Assembly: GCF_008831285.2 (NCBI RefSeq)
Contig: NC_045138.2
Span: forward strand, 9,300,001-9,364,000
Source of the DNA: Nymphaea colorata
Lineage: Eukaryota
DNA: 64,000 nucleotides
Reading direction: 5' to 3'
Positions 36,838-51,583 of this stretch are shown here, in pieces; the stretch's first letter is position 1; the number at the start of each line of letters is the position of its first letter. The position numbers and the translations under genes are program-made. The notes below the pieces were generated by a model that was not told the DNA's origin, ran no database searches, and saw only the letters and a program-made list of their open reading frames with translations.

Positions 36838-39800
36838 TCTCTGATGTTCTTGACAGAAGATGGACTCTCAATATATAGAGAACAGGCCAGACCATTTTAG
36901 GTAAGAAAATCATGCAAATCGTGGGTGATAAAGCAAGTGTCAAGAAAAAAGGGATCAGATCTCTTGTCAAAATCTGTTATTGTTATGCAGACTAAATTTT
37001 TTTTGAGAACCCAAAAAAAATGAACATTTATCTATTTCAGCATAAACAGAATTTTAGACCAATTAAAATCGATGAGGCATTCACCATATAATAGCAAGAG
37101 GAAGAAAGTCGTGTGGCACTGACAACTTAAAGAAACAAATTGAAATATCCATTGTGCCTTTATTTAATTTCTTCCAAATTGTAATTGGGAAGCAGCCTTT
37201 ACCTTTTTTAGAGCTAGAAATTGTGTATTATCATGATCATGTATACCAAAAATCTTGTAAACCATAACCTTTTTTTTTACTATATATGTTGGTCAAAGGA
37301 ATCAATAAAAACAAGTTCTCTCCAGCTTTATCTTTCACTCTTTCTCGGTTTTCTTCTCTTTTCTCATGGTATCAGAGCAAAACGAGAGAGGAAAATCGAC
37401 TGCTTCCTTCCATTGACTCCAAAAAGTCCAATCTTTTCCTTCCATTGACTCCAAAAAGTCCAGTCTTTTGTAGAGAGGTTCTTCAGACACCTGGAATTGG
37501 AATAATCTTCAGACAACAAATCAGTGCCGGCCTTCCTCTCTGCAGCCTGATACACTTTTGTCTCCAGCAAATTCCTTAGGGTCGACTGAATTTCTCTGCT
37601 GCGGATGTCAGTGACGAGCCCATTGCAGATCCTCACAAATCATATCCAGAAATCTCCTCTCGGCAGCTCCTGTTCTCAGCCTACAGGTTCAGCTGGACAG
37701 CAGGTTCTCTCAACCCTTCACTGAGTCACAAACTCAGGCAGTCATATTTGCTTCTGTTCAAAGGCTTTGGCTTCTTCTGTGATTTAAGATGGCAAAAGAG
37801 CGTCTCCAGCGGAGGAAAGAGGGAGGAAGCAGAATTAGGGGCTGTCGGACTGTAATGAGGTGGTTTTTTTTTTTGGGTGCGCTTTGAGCTATTTCTCTGT
37901 TTTATCTGAGGAGAGCTTGATGGTGATATTCTTATTATCAAAGCAGAAATTGGTGAAGCCTGCTCCGTTCACGTCGTACGAACACCACCAAGTCGAGATT
38001 CATCGAAGATCTTAAGGGCATCTTTTCCTCTTTCAAACTTGGGTAATTTGGCTGGGGGTAACTTGGGTATTTGATTTATTGACTTAGCATGAGGAAGAAC
38101 AACTTATGCAAGACAAGTTCCACAGGGACAAATTGTCACCATTCTGAGGTCAGTTCTTCAATGCATAGATAAATGGTTTACTCAAGTTCAATGAAATCAA
38201 TTTTATGAAACCCAAACTTGACTGGTTTATAATTGTGAGTTTTGAGTTAAGCTTGAGCTTAACAGAGCAAATTTGTGTCGAGCTTGAGTTGGCTCAACTC
38301 GTTTTACAGCTCTATCCACTTGACACACACAAATGGACTAGTCCCCTGTTTATAATGGTGAGACATGTCAGTTGGAGTGGGAAAGCATGAACCTAAGTCG
38401 ATATATCAACCTAAGTCGATATGTCTGATTTGAATTGACTGTCCAAGCTAACTGCTCCAAAAACATTTGCATGAAGAAAAGAAATTTACTAATCAACTAA
38501 AAAATTAGATAGGATTTGAAATTAAGAAATGACATCCGATTAGATTTAGATTCAAATATGCATAAATATCTGACCAGATTCAGATTTAGTTATATAAAAA
38601 TAACCAGTCGAATTCAGATTCACATTCCAATACATGAAAGTATGCGATCAGAACCAGACGGGACTTAATTTAAATAAAAATTCTATATTCAATGCTCTTA
38701 ACAGTTTGTAAATCAGCCAGATTCAGTTCAAAATATGGATTCAGATTCAAATTCATATATGAATATAAAAATAGGATTCGGGTTGGATTCTTGTTGTGAC
38801 ATCTGATTTCATGTTCAGATTATGATGAAAAAAATAGATTTAGATCAGATTCAAATTATGAAATCTGAGTTTGGTCAGTTTTGGATGAGGAAAAAAAATC
38901 AGATTCATAAGAACTTAGTACCCAAGATTATAATTGTTAACTTCATAAGGACTTATTATGCAAGATAATTGGGTAATGCATCTTCCCATTTTCACAAAAT
39001 AAATTACATAATTTATATCTATATTAATGTTAGCTTTGCAATATTTTCCAATAGTCCTGCTGTCAATAATTGGTATATGTCTGTTTATATGTGTATTTGT
39101 AATCGTCGCCACCACGAGGTGCGATTTGTGTAGAGTATAAATGAGTTGTGTTCCTGAAACTCAAACTCGATTCACACTGGTACTCTATAATATTTGCCAA
39201 AACCGGTTCACTGAATCACTGGTTTTAACTTTGAGAGCAAAAACAAATTTTCATATCTTATATGAGTTAATGCTTACACGATTTAATGAGTTAACGCTTA
39301 CATGAATTAAACGAGTTAATGCTTACACGAGTTAACGCCTAAATGAGTTAAATGGGTTAAACGAGTCAAGTTCGGGCTTGATTTTATGTAGTCGAGTCAA
39401 GCTCCATCATATTATAAGGAGCTTGACTCAAGTTTGAGCCGAGCTCAAGCTCAAGCTCAAGTTTTTTGAGTTGAATCAAGCTTGAGCTGGCTAATCTCAG
39501 GTCCTACTTGTGAAGAAAAAGTCCTACGAATACGAATATGTTGAAAACTGGCAAGGAAATATGTTTTTAAGGGTTGTGAAGAAAAAGTCTTGTTGATGTA
39601 ATCTTGGGTGCCAACTAAGTTGCTGGATGTGGAAATAAGAAGTCCTGCAAATTAGAAAAAGTCTCATTGATGTGATCTGCGGCCGAGCCGTAGACACCGA
39701 GTGTGGAAAACAACAAGCGATATCACTTGCTTTTAATGAGCACCAGACTCATTTTTTTTTAAAGCCAACAGTAGAAATGCTAGCTCTTTTTCATAAATCC

Positions 39801-42685
39801 TGTTTCACCTCTTATTTGGCTTAGTTATCAACTGATCAATTGGTCAAAGCAGGTAATTTTAAACAGTCGAAGAAAGGAACGAAATTTAGACAGAAGTCAT
39901 TAAGAATGTCTTCAAGCTATGCAGAATTTGCCAGGTCAATTTTTAAGATATGCAGTTCATTAGCTGATTTATTCATGCCATCTCTTATTGTTGGATGTCA
40001 TATGCAAAGTCTGGATGATCCGAAATGTACATGACCTTGGAATTTGATGAATGAAAGCTTCAATCTGATCACATTTTATTTCACTACAGAAATGACGTTT
40101 GGAAAACTTAAGAATGTAGGAAAACAATCAAAATTTCAAATCTCAAAGACTGATTGAAATGTTCCCATGCAAAGGTTCTTAATTTTTGTCTCGTATATAT
40201 GGGCCTAGTTGTTTCCAAGTATCAGATGATAAGGGCAACGATCAAGAACAGAAATTCATCAGAGGAGAAAAAGAACAATGAAAATGTATTCCGTAAGAGA
40301 GGAAGACCTGGTACAGGTTGAGTGTTTCGATTTCGACAATGGAAACAATAGGTATGATGTAGGAAGAAGCAGAAGAGACTGTACAAAAAAATGATGAATG
40401 AAATCATAATCCAAGCCTTAAAGGGAATTGATTACAAGTTAGCACTCCATATCAGAGTGGAGTCAGAAATTTTCTTTAAACTTCAACCTTTAAAGAACAC
40501 TCTAAGTATAAATTTCAATCTTCAAGGGGCACTTATATGCAAATAAAGTAAATTTGATGGGCCAGTGTGCCTACAACATTACTCCACCACTGCATCAACC
40601 CAATTGGAAGTCTTCTCTCAAATTTGGTAGTCTATTATAGCTTTCATGGATGAATGGTCCCAAAATGCACCTTTGAGACACTTTTATCCAGCATATGAGG
40701 CACATCTGTGGCACTCAACTCTTTTATCTTTTTGTATTTTATTAATTTTTTGAAATACCAATACGGATCGGACCAAAGTTCTTGCGTACGCTTACACCTT
40801 GTCCAAGATGGAGCATTATAGACACCCAATCCAACCCAAACTGATGGATGGAATTCCAAGAATATAATATGTTGTCACAAAAGTACATCTCACAAACAAA
40901 CAGGCAACTAAGTATACCTTTTGTTTTCAGGTCAGTTGGATGAAGGGAACTACACCACAGGGATAAATTATCACCACTTTTAAGGTCAGTTGGATGAAGG
41001 GAACATCTTATAGGAGAATGATCTCATTATATCCTTTTGAGGGAAGAAGCCACCCAATTGTTTAAACATTCAGCATGAAAAGGCTCGGATACAGTGATAA
41101 CCATTCAACATGAGTGAGTGCTGTCAAAATTAAAACTAAGAAGTGAATCAGTAACACTTGCTCATGCCGTGAGCTCACTACACAGGGACCTCACACCACT
41201 TCAGCACACACCTCCGAGTCAAAATCAAGCTCGTTCAGCCTGGCTCAAGTGTGAGTTCAGCTATGCAAGGTCAGCTTGAATTCCATGCGATAGACCAAGC
41301 CACACCTTGAGCATGACTCTTTTAAGCTTGTTCACCGACTCCCCATTTGACCCGATTTCTTTTTTTGGTTTTAAGTTTGAACATTTTCAAAAGAATGCCT
41401 GAATGGTTTACTCAAGTTCAATCAAGTCAATTTTATGAAACTCAAACTTGACTTGTTTATAATCATGACTTTTGAGTTAAGCTTCAGCTTAACAGAGCAA
41501 ATTCAAGTCGAGCTTGAGTTGGCTTGACTTGTTTTACAGCTCTATCCACAGGACACACACAAATGGACTCCTCCCCGTTTATAATGGTGAAACATGTCAG
41601 TTGGAGTGGGGAAGCTCCAACCTAAGGATGTCAATATGTGTGATTTGAATTGAATGTAAAAGTCAACTGCTCCAAAAACATTTGGATGAAGAAAATAAAT
41701 TTACTAATCAACTAAAAAATCAGATAGGATTTGAAACTGACATCCGGTTAGATTTAGATTCATATATGCATAAACATCCAAACGGATTCAGATTTAGTTA
41801 TAAAAAAATATTCAATCGAATTCAGATTCACATTCCAATATACAAAAGTATCCAATCAGAACCAGTTGTGACTTAATTTAAATAAAAATTTTACATTCAA
41901 TGCTCTTAACAGTTTGTAAATAAGCCAGATTCAGTTCAAAATATGGATTCAGATTCAAATTCATATATGAATACAAAAATAGGATTCAGGCTGGATTCTG
42001 ATTGTGTCATTTGATTTCAGATTCAGAGTAGGATGAAAAAAACTGGATTTAGAATAGATTCAAATTATGAAATCTGATTTCGGATGAGGAAAAAACTTAG
42101 ATTCAGATGAGATTCAGGTCGTGGAATCTGATTTCGGATTCAAATTTGGATATGACTTTTTTTCATTTGCTTGGGAGCTCAACATCGACGGATGGTTAAT
42201 AATATATTTTTATTTGAATCCGATTCATTGGGTATCCCATCCATCTTTGCAGATTTTCCCACTTTTCATTTTCATTTTTTGTATTTAGGTCCATCGATTT
42301 TCAAGAAAAACAAGGTCAGTCATTCTCTCGAGTCCTCCCAACTCCTCCAAGAGTATCGGTGACGACTGTTCACGTTGTCCTTAATGAGAAGTTGCGGAAT
42401 ATTACTTCAGCTTCTCCAAGAGTACACCCAAAATTGCGTAACGTACCAGCATGCTAGAGCTTGTGGACATTCAGAAATGGTTCAATATTTGGGTGGCGGC
42501 CTTTTTTTATATAAGTAATTACTGAAAACTAAATCTAAACTGAATCTGTATCCGATCCAATACTTATATATATCAAAATGGTTCCATATATCCATTGACA
42601 GCGCTAACTCCATAAAGCCACGTGTTCTGACGGGGTCATAGTTATTTACGCTCATATCCCACTTGTGTATATATATATATATATC

Positions 42686-42734
<49 letters not shown>

Positions 42735-42849
42735 GCAGAGAGATTAAAAAACCTTTAAATGCAGAAGAAATTTATTTTGATTGGATTTGAAGCATCAAAG
42801 GTAAAAAAGGGCAACACCATCGCCAATGTTTTCATAGCCAAGCCATTGC

Positions 42850-43281
42850 TAGGGATGTCAACGGATCGGATTTGGATCAGATATATCTTTTATCATATCT
42901 GATTTTTCGGATATTCATATATTCGGGTTCGGATATGAATTGGATTCAGATGAAGAAAAGTTTATATCATATCTGAATCTGATTTTAAAATCTATATTTG
43001 AATCCGATCCATATCCGATTAATAAGTTATTTTGAATCTGGTCCGAATCCAAATTTTAGATTATATCTGAATCTGATCCGAACCCGAATTTTAAATCATA
43101 TCCAAATCCGATCCGAAACCAACTTGTAAGTTATACCCAAATCCAACTTTTAAGTTATATCCGAATCTGATTTATGACTTTTAAACCATATGTAAATCTG
43201 ATCCAAATTCAATTTATGTGTCAAAAATATATAGTAAACACCAAATGAACTACCAATATTAACGTTGGTGATAATGGGAGA

Positions 43282-43315
<34 letters not shown>

Positions 43316-46212
43316 CCAAGTTATCAAAAGCTGTCTTTGGGAGTTCTAGCCAAGTTATCAGCCTGCCAAGAGAACAAAAAGTACATAGCAAGAGCAGGTG
43401 CTATCTCTCAAGTTCTTCATTTATCAGCCAACATCTCTACCCTCATTAGCGAAAGCTGCGCAGTGATCCTTGAACGGCTTGTGGCAAACAGTTGAATTCA
43501 ATTTCTTATTGATGGATGTGCTGTTGCTTTAGGCCTGCAACCTATAGTCACCATCTTGCTATGCTTTCTGCAAAATCCAATTTCAAACCATGTGCTTAGG
43601 AAGCTACCTTTAGGGGCATTAGTTGGTGTATGCCATCAAGGGAAGAGTCCGTAAACAAAGCTTTCTCTTATGCTAATGGTATTTCTATTATTCTGCCTCT
43701 CCTAAAAGACTCGAACTATGAAAGATTGAAATCCAAGAAATGGCCATTAACTTGGTGTTCTGCTTCTGTGCTCTGCAAATACTAAAATGAAAAACATAGG
43801 TTAAGAAAGAGAAAGGGGACAGAAAATTGGTAGCTTTGGAACTTCACATTTTTAAAGTGAAAACATCTTTCTCGCACGTTTTCGTAACTGTTTCAACAAA
43901 AACACAGCCTCTTCACACGTTTCTAGGCCCATCTCTCTATTGATTCTTGCAGATTGATGTAAAATTAGCTCAGAGATAAGGAAAGACCAGAAATTTCTAG
44001 CAGCTAAACACTCTTCTGCGAATTTGTTAACCTTTCCGATTCAACGCATATAAAATATCAACAAAAAGTAGACCAGCAAGATTTTGTTCAGAAAATGGAA
44101 ATAGATCACTGTTCCTTTAACTTTGCAAACAACTCATGCACGACATGACACTCTAGTTTCTTGACCATCAAATTTGAGAAAAGAAAACAACAAACAAGAG
44201 ATAGAAATAAGACCCATTTTGAAATAAAGAAAGGGGAAAGTTTGGGATCTCAACTTCAAGTCTGGACAAAAAAATATAGAAGAATCCGATGGAGAGAATC
44301 ATACCGCAGGAAAACGAGTGCCGAGTTTCTTCCTCATCTTCCCTCCTCTGATCCCTTCTTCCTCTGCAGCGTCTCGAGCCACGCCCACTTGACAACCCCA
44401 CTGACATATGTTAGACAAAAGAAAAATGCAAAAAAAAAATATTTATTACTTAATTTTCACACGGTTTGTTAAGATGTTTTAACTATTACCTTATCAATTT
44501 TCTTCATAAGTTCTTCATGCTCATAATTTATCATATTTGACTTCTATGTCTTTAAGTTGTTTAAGGATGTTTTAAATTATTTTCACATATATTTTTTGAT
44601 AAATTCTTTTTTTTTAATACTTGTCGAAAACAAATAATATATTGAACTTTGATTGGTCTATTGAACAACTAGTATGTTTGACTTTCGTACTTTTTTTACA
44701 TTAACTTTGCATATTGAATGTTGATAGGTCTATTTTTAAATAAAAAATATTTTAATTGAGTAAACTATTATTTCATGATGATCTCTTATTAAGAATTATT
44801 AAATCAAGCAACCCATATTGTTTATCATTTAAAAAAACACAGTATTTAATGTTTTTTCATTTCATTGAGTTAATTGAAATAGTTTGTGTTACATCCTTAA
44901 AAAGAGTATTCAAATGATATATCAAGTAATTTATTAGTTCTCTTATCTTCATTACAATAGTTGTTTTTTTTACATAAAATTGTATAATTACTCCAATGAT
45001 ATATAAGATAGTTTATTAAATCTTACGATTTGTTGTTTGCTTACTAGTTAGAGGCTTTTGTTTTCAAGTTTGTGAATTATGTGTTATATATCAAATTCCT
45101 AAGACTTTTGAATAAATTGTATATTATACAAAGTAATTTACTTGATTGATTAAATAAGTAAATTGATAATTTGATAATTAAACTTTTTTATAAGCTTAAC
45201 AGTTTTTTCATATTGAGATTATGCACAATGAAGATGCTTTCAACTTAAAATGAATATCATAATACGTTTAAGATTTCTATTTATTATAAATTAAAAAAGT
45301 ATATTTTTTGCTATCAACTTTTTTTTCATACCTGATGTACATGCCAATATTTTTTTTTAAACCTGCTATTTTTTAAATATATAATATAATTATTCTTGTA
45401 ACCAATTTAAGATAACGGTCCATTAAAAAATTTGTAGCTCTAAAAGTGTATGTTTCATATTTTTAACAATTCCCATTTTGTTGAATTTCTTTGTTGAAGT
45501 TTTCTTTATTATTTCACTTAAATAAATATATCATTTAAGATATCATGCTTAGTTGATGTGTTTGCTTGATTACAAAAAAAAATTAATTGAACATAGTATT
45601 ATTTAATTAATTAATTAGTTTGGTATGATATAGTTTTAAATATTTTAAGTTAAATGATGTATATGATTTCTATAAGAATATTATTATATGCAACTCCATG
45701 GAAGTCAGTTCTTAGTTAGATTATACTATATGTAATATTTATGTTCCTTTTGTGTCATGATGTTAAGTTGGTGCATTACCACCAACTCAGCATTCGGATA
45801 TTAGTTCGGATATCAGCTCTGCGTGGTTCGGATTCAAATATTAGGCTCCTAGATTTGGATATCAGGTCTCACCATTCGTATTCGGATATTAGGCTACAGG
45901 ATTCAGATATCAGCTAACGTGGTTTGGATTCGGATATTAAGCTACACCTACACAATTCGAATATCAGCTCTCGTGGTTCGGATTCGGATATCTAGTTATA
46001 GTTCGGACTCAGATATACCTGTTAAGATAGTTAGTATCCGATCGGATATTTACCTAAAACTGAATCTGAATCCGTATCTGATCGGATGTTATTTCTTAAA
46101 TCCGAGTCTGATCCGATTTCTCAATCGGATGTTAAATTATTTACCATATCCGATTTTTTAGAAGCAATTTGGATTGGATATCCGATCCAAATGTGATCCG
46201 TTGACATCCCTA
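42850..46212. mobile_element. Non-autonomous TIR (hAT-like) element carrying captured sequence
   Basis: Perfect 18-bp TIR TAGGGATGTCAACGGATC with ATCCGA/TCGGAT subterminal arrays at both ends. Only a 4-bp flanking repeat (ttgc) is visible. Related ATCCGA-rich ends recur at about 18100-18590, 30370-30720, 33818-34270, 35100-35500, 38400-38910, 41624-42250 and 48400-48765. Confidence 0.8.
43325..43772 (+). pseudogene. ARM-repeat fragment of a U-box E3 ligase (PUB42-like)
   Basis: Translation KLSACQENKKYIARAGA..CAVILERL..*IQFLID..LQPIVTILL..QNP..LRK..AL.GVC / ANGISIILPLLKDSN / EIQEMAINLVF, with 1 stop and 2 frameshifts. The family match is from memory. Confidence 0.75.
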
Positions 46213-49194
46213 TTGCATCCTCAATAAAATTTGGATCTGAGATATGCCTTAGGTCTGAACATGACCATATTAGAATGGAACTTTTGTATATTGGTCTTCA
46301 GTTCGGAGTGGCTGACCACTATCATCGACCTTTTGAGCAAAGGAGCACCAAGTCCATCTTAAAGCCTGCTTTTGAATGGAGTCCACAATGCTGCCAGTTT
46401 GGTAAACTGGCCAATCCAATAATCTAAACGATCTACATGCAAATCAGCAAAAAGAAAAAATTTATAAATTCTATTTTCTTTCAGAAAAAAAGAACTGAAG
46501 AATATCAAAATTGATTAAGTATAAAGAAAAAAGTGCTTTTATAACTAGTAAGAAATGCATAACGAAACAACACGTCGAGTCGACGACCTTCGATCTCATT
46601 CATCAACCATTAGTTTCCTGTCCGATTATTGAATCAATGGACACTCAACACAGCAAGCCATCATGGTCAGATTTCAATGACTTTTGAAACGAGTGGATGA
46701 AACGAGTGAAAATGATCAAACAATAACTAATTAAAAAAAGACGACAGAAGAAGAGGATGAAGGAGAAAAAGAAAGAAGAAGAGCAAAAAAAAAACAGCAG
46801 CTATTTTTTTTTAAAAAAAAGGAAGAACACAAACATTTAAAAAATGGCGAATGGAAGAACAATAAGGGGGAGGAGAAGAAGAAGAAAGAGGAGCAAGATG
46901 AACTTACTTTTTAAAAGAGGAGAAGAATGAGAAAAAGAGAATAACAAGAGAGGACAAGGAGACAAATAAACTGCAAAGATTTTTCCTGAGGAAAATACAT
47001 ATGCAAAAAAACACCCAAGAAAAATTTTGCTTTTAAAATACTGACAATGATATTTGCGGCTGAGAGAAACATAACCAGTTGAATGACCTAGTCTATGTTC
47101 TGTATAATATGCAATTGCAACAAAAATAATAAACTAATATACACCTATTTGATAAGTTGACCAACTAACACACACTTTCTTCATAATATATATTGAAAAA
47201 TTTTCACTTATTTAGACAATTAGTAAAAGCTTCAACAGGAGAACCTAGAAAGCAAGTTGATCCTATCAACTTGAAGCACTTCGATGTACTAGATTCACAA
47301 GTTGAAGAAGAACCTACCAATTAGGCTAGTTCTATATAGTATTGCATATTTAGGTGTGGAAATCCTTTCCCACCTAAACAAAGGAGAAAAACAAGAAATT
47401 CTGGAGTCAATGGTATTGACTTGAAGTGGCAAAAAAGCACAAAGGGCCTTTTCTGCTGGATAGAAGAAGAGCAGATGGGAACAAAATTCCAAATGCTTCC
47501 AAACACTACCATGGACAAAGTTCCACTGTAGAAACCTTCTGGTAAGGATGGAGTCATCCTCTTTTTGAATTTGAGCACCATGGGTAGCTTATAACAACAA
47601 AGATTAGGGTAGGATTTTTTGTTTCTGCGATTGTTGGTCAAGGTTAGGGGTGGAGCTAAAAATTTTTCAGGAGAATTGAATTAAAGTTTCTAAATTTTGA
47701 CTGGGGCCGAAATATCATTTTTCAATTTTTGTGTACAAGAAGTAAAAATTTTTAAAATTTACATGCATTTAAAAAAAAATTGAAGTACTGGGATTACCTT
47801 CCCGTCACCCAAAAAATATTATTTTAGTTGGTTTCTAAATAAAATCAATATTATAAAAATCCAGTTTCAACGTACCAAACCGGATTGCTTAATTGATAGA
47901 CTTTGAACCTTATTCAATCTAGTGGTTCCAAACCCAACCCTCTGGCGAGGTTGAGACAGCCATCGATTGCTTAGTTATTTAACGATGTCATTCAAATTCA
48001 TTTGAAAAGTAATTGGATCTTATGATGAATGCGGATTTTGATATCCATTTAACATATGCCTATGGAGACCATGTGGAACTGTGATGAGTTGGGGACCTCT
48101 CTTGCACCTACAAATTACTCTCAAATATAAAATTATCGGATATTTATTTCCTCCCTTTGGAAGCCCTGGGAGGACAACAAATACATTCAGTATTCAGGAT
48201 AGTATTTGTTCATAACCAATAAGATGGAGTGCTTTCAGTAAATGAACCAGCCTTCCGAGCGGCAAAGCATGAGTCCAGCTGGCATTTTTTTTTTTCGCAC
48301 CAGTTTGAAAAGGTTAGCATCGTAATAATGGAGGGCCACAATTACAAATGAGTCGTCGATGGGTCCAATTCAATTAATAAAAGGTTAGCATAGTCATATC
48401 CGATCGATCCCATTCGAAAAAATTGGATATGGATAAAAATTTAATATCCTATCAAGAAATCGGATCGGATTCGGATTTAATAAATGACGTCCGATCGGAT
48501 TCGGATATACATAAATATCAGATCAGATTCGTATACAGATTCGTATCGGATTCTTTTTTAGACAAATTTCCTGTATCTAATGCTTGAAAAATAGCAAAAT
48601 CCGGTTCAAAATTCGGATTCGGATGTAAATATAAAAATTGGATTTTGCAATCGCATTCGAATATGACTTTGCTTTATTCGAATTTGAATCCGAATATATG
48701 AATATCTGAAAAGCAGATATAATTAAAGATGTATCTGATCCAACTCCGATCAGTTGTCATCCTTAAATGCCACCAGAAGGTGGCTCGAAAGCCGGCACTC
48801 ATTGGACAAACCACGTAGCTCACATTTATATTTGGCGGAATCAATTCATAAAAGAAAGGAATTTATCATGCATTGTCAGCATTGGAGGCCAATGCTCACC
48901 TGTATCCACAATTATTGTTATTATTATATTATTTAATGATTATAATAATAATAGTAGTATTATTATTATATTGTAAGGCCTCCTTTCATAGTGTAGGTTG
49001 GCAGTTTCATTGATGGACTATTCAACTATTCCGCATAGTAGTTGCAAACATTTTCATGACTGAAGAGAACCACCACTTACATATAGGTTGTGAGAGATGA
49101 CAACCAATTAAATATAATAATAAAAAAGGCATCTTTTTATTTTTGAAAAAACAGTGATAAAACACGAAAAATAAGTCCGCTGAATAAAGCAGAA

Positions 49195-49230
<36 letters not shown>

Positions 49231-49769
49231 CTTAAGCAGCTGGTTATACCCATGACTACCGTTTACATATCTCCAAAATTCAAAAACTAAGATAAAAACA
49301 GAATTTTGTTGCCATTTGCATGGATCCAGCATCTATTCTATGGAAGTTTAACAGTTCAACCAAGTTGTTGGTTATGCATAGTACCTAGTTTAGAAATGGT
49401 TTCTCGGTTATGCTGGAACTTTTGAATTCACGAAAGAACTTCGGGATTAATTTGAGGCCGGTAATGCATCCTGTTCCTGCTTGATCAGGACCAAGAAACA
49501 AACATTCAACAGTCGACGGCAGAATCACCACCAAATTTCTCAGAACAAAAGTTTTACTTGTTTTCTTATTGATCTTACTCAAGTTTACGTAAGTTGAGCT
49601 TGCCAAGCTCGAACTCTCCTCGTTTACTTAACTTTAACCCAAACACAACTCGTTTATTAGATGAGTTGAGCTCGATCTGAGTTTAACTAAGAGAGGTCAA
49701 GAGTGAACCAGAGTTGGCTCCACTCATCGAATATCCATAAGTGTGGTTAGGAATTAAAGCTGGTTTGGC

Positions 49770-51540
49770 CTCTTCCACTAGCTGAACGACAGCTAAGGGG
49801 CAAGACTGAGGCAGTGTCCTGGCTATGGAGTTATTGAACAGCTCGTGTGTCACTGCAATACTCACTGCTTCCAGGGCCCCCTCTATTCCACTTAAAACAA
49901 TTTATCTCACCTTCAGCGGGTCGTCTTTCATTATCGCATCATCTGCAACCGATGAGGAAAAGAATGAGACTTCAGTTTGTGCAATTTTTGTTTTCGAAAA
50001 CAGAATCTCACTTCATATTATACTACATGGAATGCCTAAATCATTAAAGCCAACTGCATTAATAATCTCTCCCAGTCTAAGCCAACACTCAACAGTATTG
50101 CATTATTCTATAGGATTGACAAAATAAGAACCACCAATCTTCCATACTATGATCAAACTAAATTTTGGTTAGATGGTCTCTAATATGTAAACAATTCGTT
50201 GTTAATAAGACCATTTATGTGTGTTTATCTAAGCGTTATGGGAAAGTTAGGAGGGGCATCTGATCTCCTTGGCTTATACGTGGCTTGGTGACTAGATCAA
50301 GCTCATATTAACCTAATCAATTCATGTTTCAATAAATTAAAAGACAAAGAGGTTGTGCGGTCATGGTTCCTATACCTTGAGGGCTAAAAGAAAGAGTACA
50401 GAACCAATACATCGTTCTCTCATCAGAAGGCAAGATCCCGAAACGAGAGCCATTGCCAAAGAACTGAGCAAACCACGGTTCAAGCCCATGGCCTTCAGGG
50501 TAATGTGCGACATTGCGAGTCCTATTATGGATGAGCTTCCTGTGAAGACAAGCCCGGGAAGCCCCAGCCGCTTGGCAACAACAGAGTTCACACCATCACA
50601 ACCTATCAGCACCTGAAAGTTTATAGAGAACATCCCATTAGACGACATTCGGAGAGAGTCATGGATATCCAGCTGAATCGGGCAAGAACCGGTTTGTATC
50701 CAGATTCAGAATGGCAAGACATTGTCTGGATCCAAATGAAATCTAGATAATATATGTTTGGTTGTTATCTAAGCAATGTGTAGTCTTATTATGACTCTTT
50801 AAACATTTGAAGCAATGAAAAGTTATACCTTAGCTCTAATAAGTGCTCCATCAGCCAAATGGATCGGACATGACTTCCCGTCTTGTTCTATGGATACCAC
50901 CTTGGATCCAAACCTGATGGTCCCATCCGGCAGCTGCTTCCGTAGAGTCTCCACCAGCATCTGTCGGCTTACACACCCCACTTCAACGTCATTGCTGCAA
51001 AAAAAGTTGTCCCCTCGGTTATTTATTAAACCCATGTTTTCTTAGGGCCGCCCAAGTTAGGCTACTTTATTTTCATCTGGATGTACCAATATAATTGATG
51101 CTCACTCGTTTTTTCACATAATAATTCCGTATGAAAAATTCCATTTGTGACATCTAGAACATGATGATCAGGAGAGCTGTTTCGGTCTTCCGGCCACGAA
51201 ATTTCTTTCAAAGAATTTCCATTATGCATTGTGCTTCAAATGTCCAAAAGTTGATAAAAGAGTCACAAAAAGAACACGTCTAAATTGAATTGTATTAGTT
51301 TGTAACAAAAGTCAATTTGACTACCAACTTTTCATGATTTTTGGGCTTATTTTGAGCAAACCCATTTCATTGATTGCTAACTTTTTTTTCCAAAAAACAA
51401 AATGTCATTTAAAAGACAGTTGTCAAGGCATTAAACACGACTTATATTTATGTGGCAATGGTTGTGGTGTTTTCAGCAATAATTTATATTTTCCTAAAAA
51501 CTGTCCAGCAACCTTGGGCCATCTGACATATTTAAATTCT

Positions 51541-51583
<43 letters not shown>

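Noticed and set aside
47295..47641. 106-aa minus ORF vaguely like a hAT dimerisation domain
   Set aside because: Key motifs are not convincingly present.
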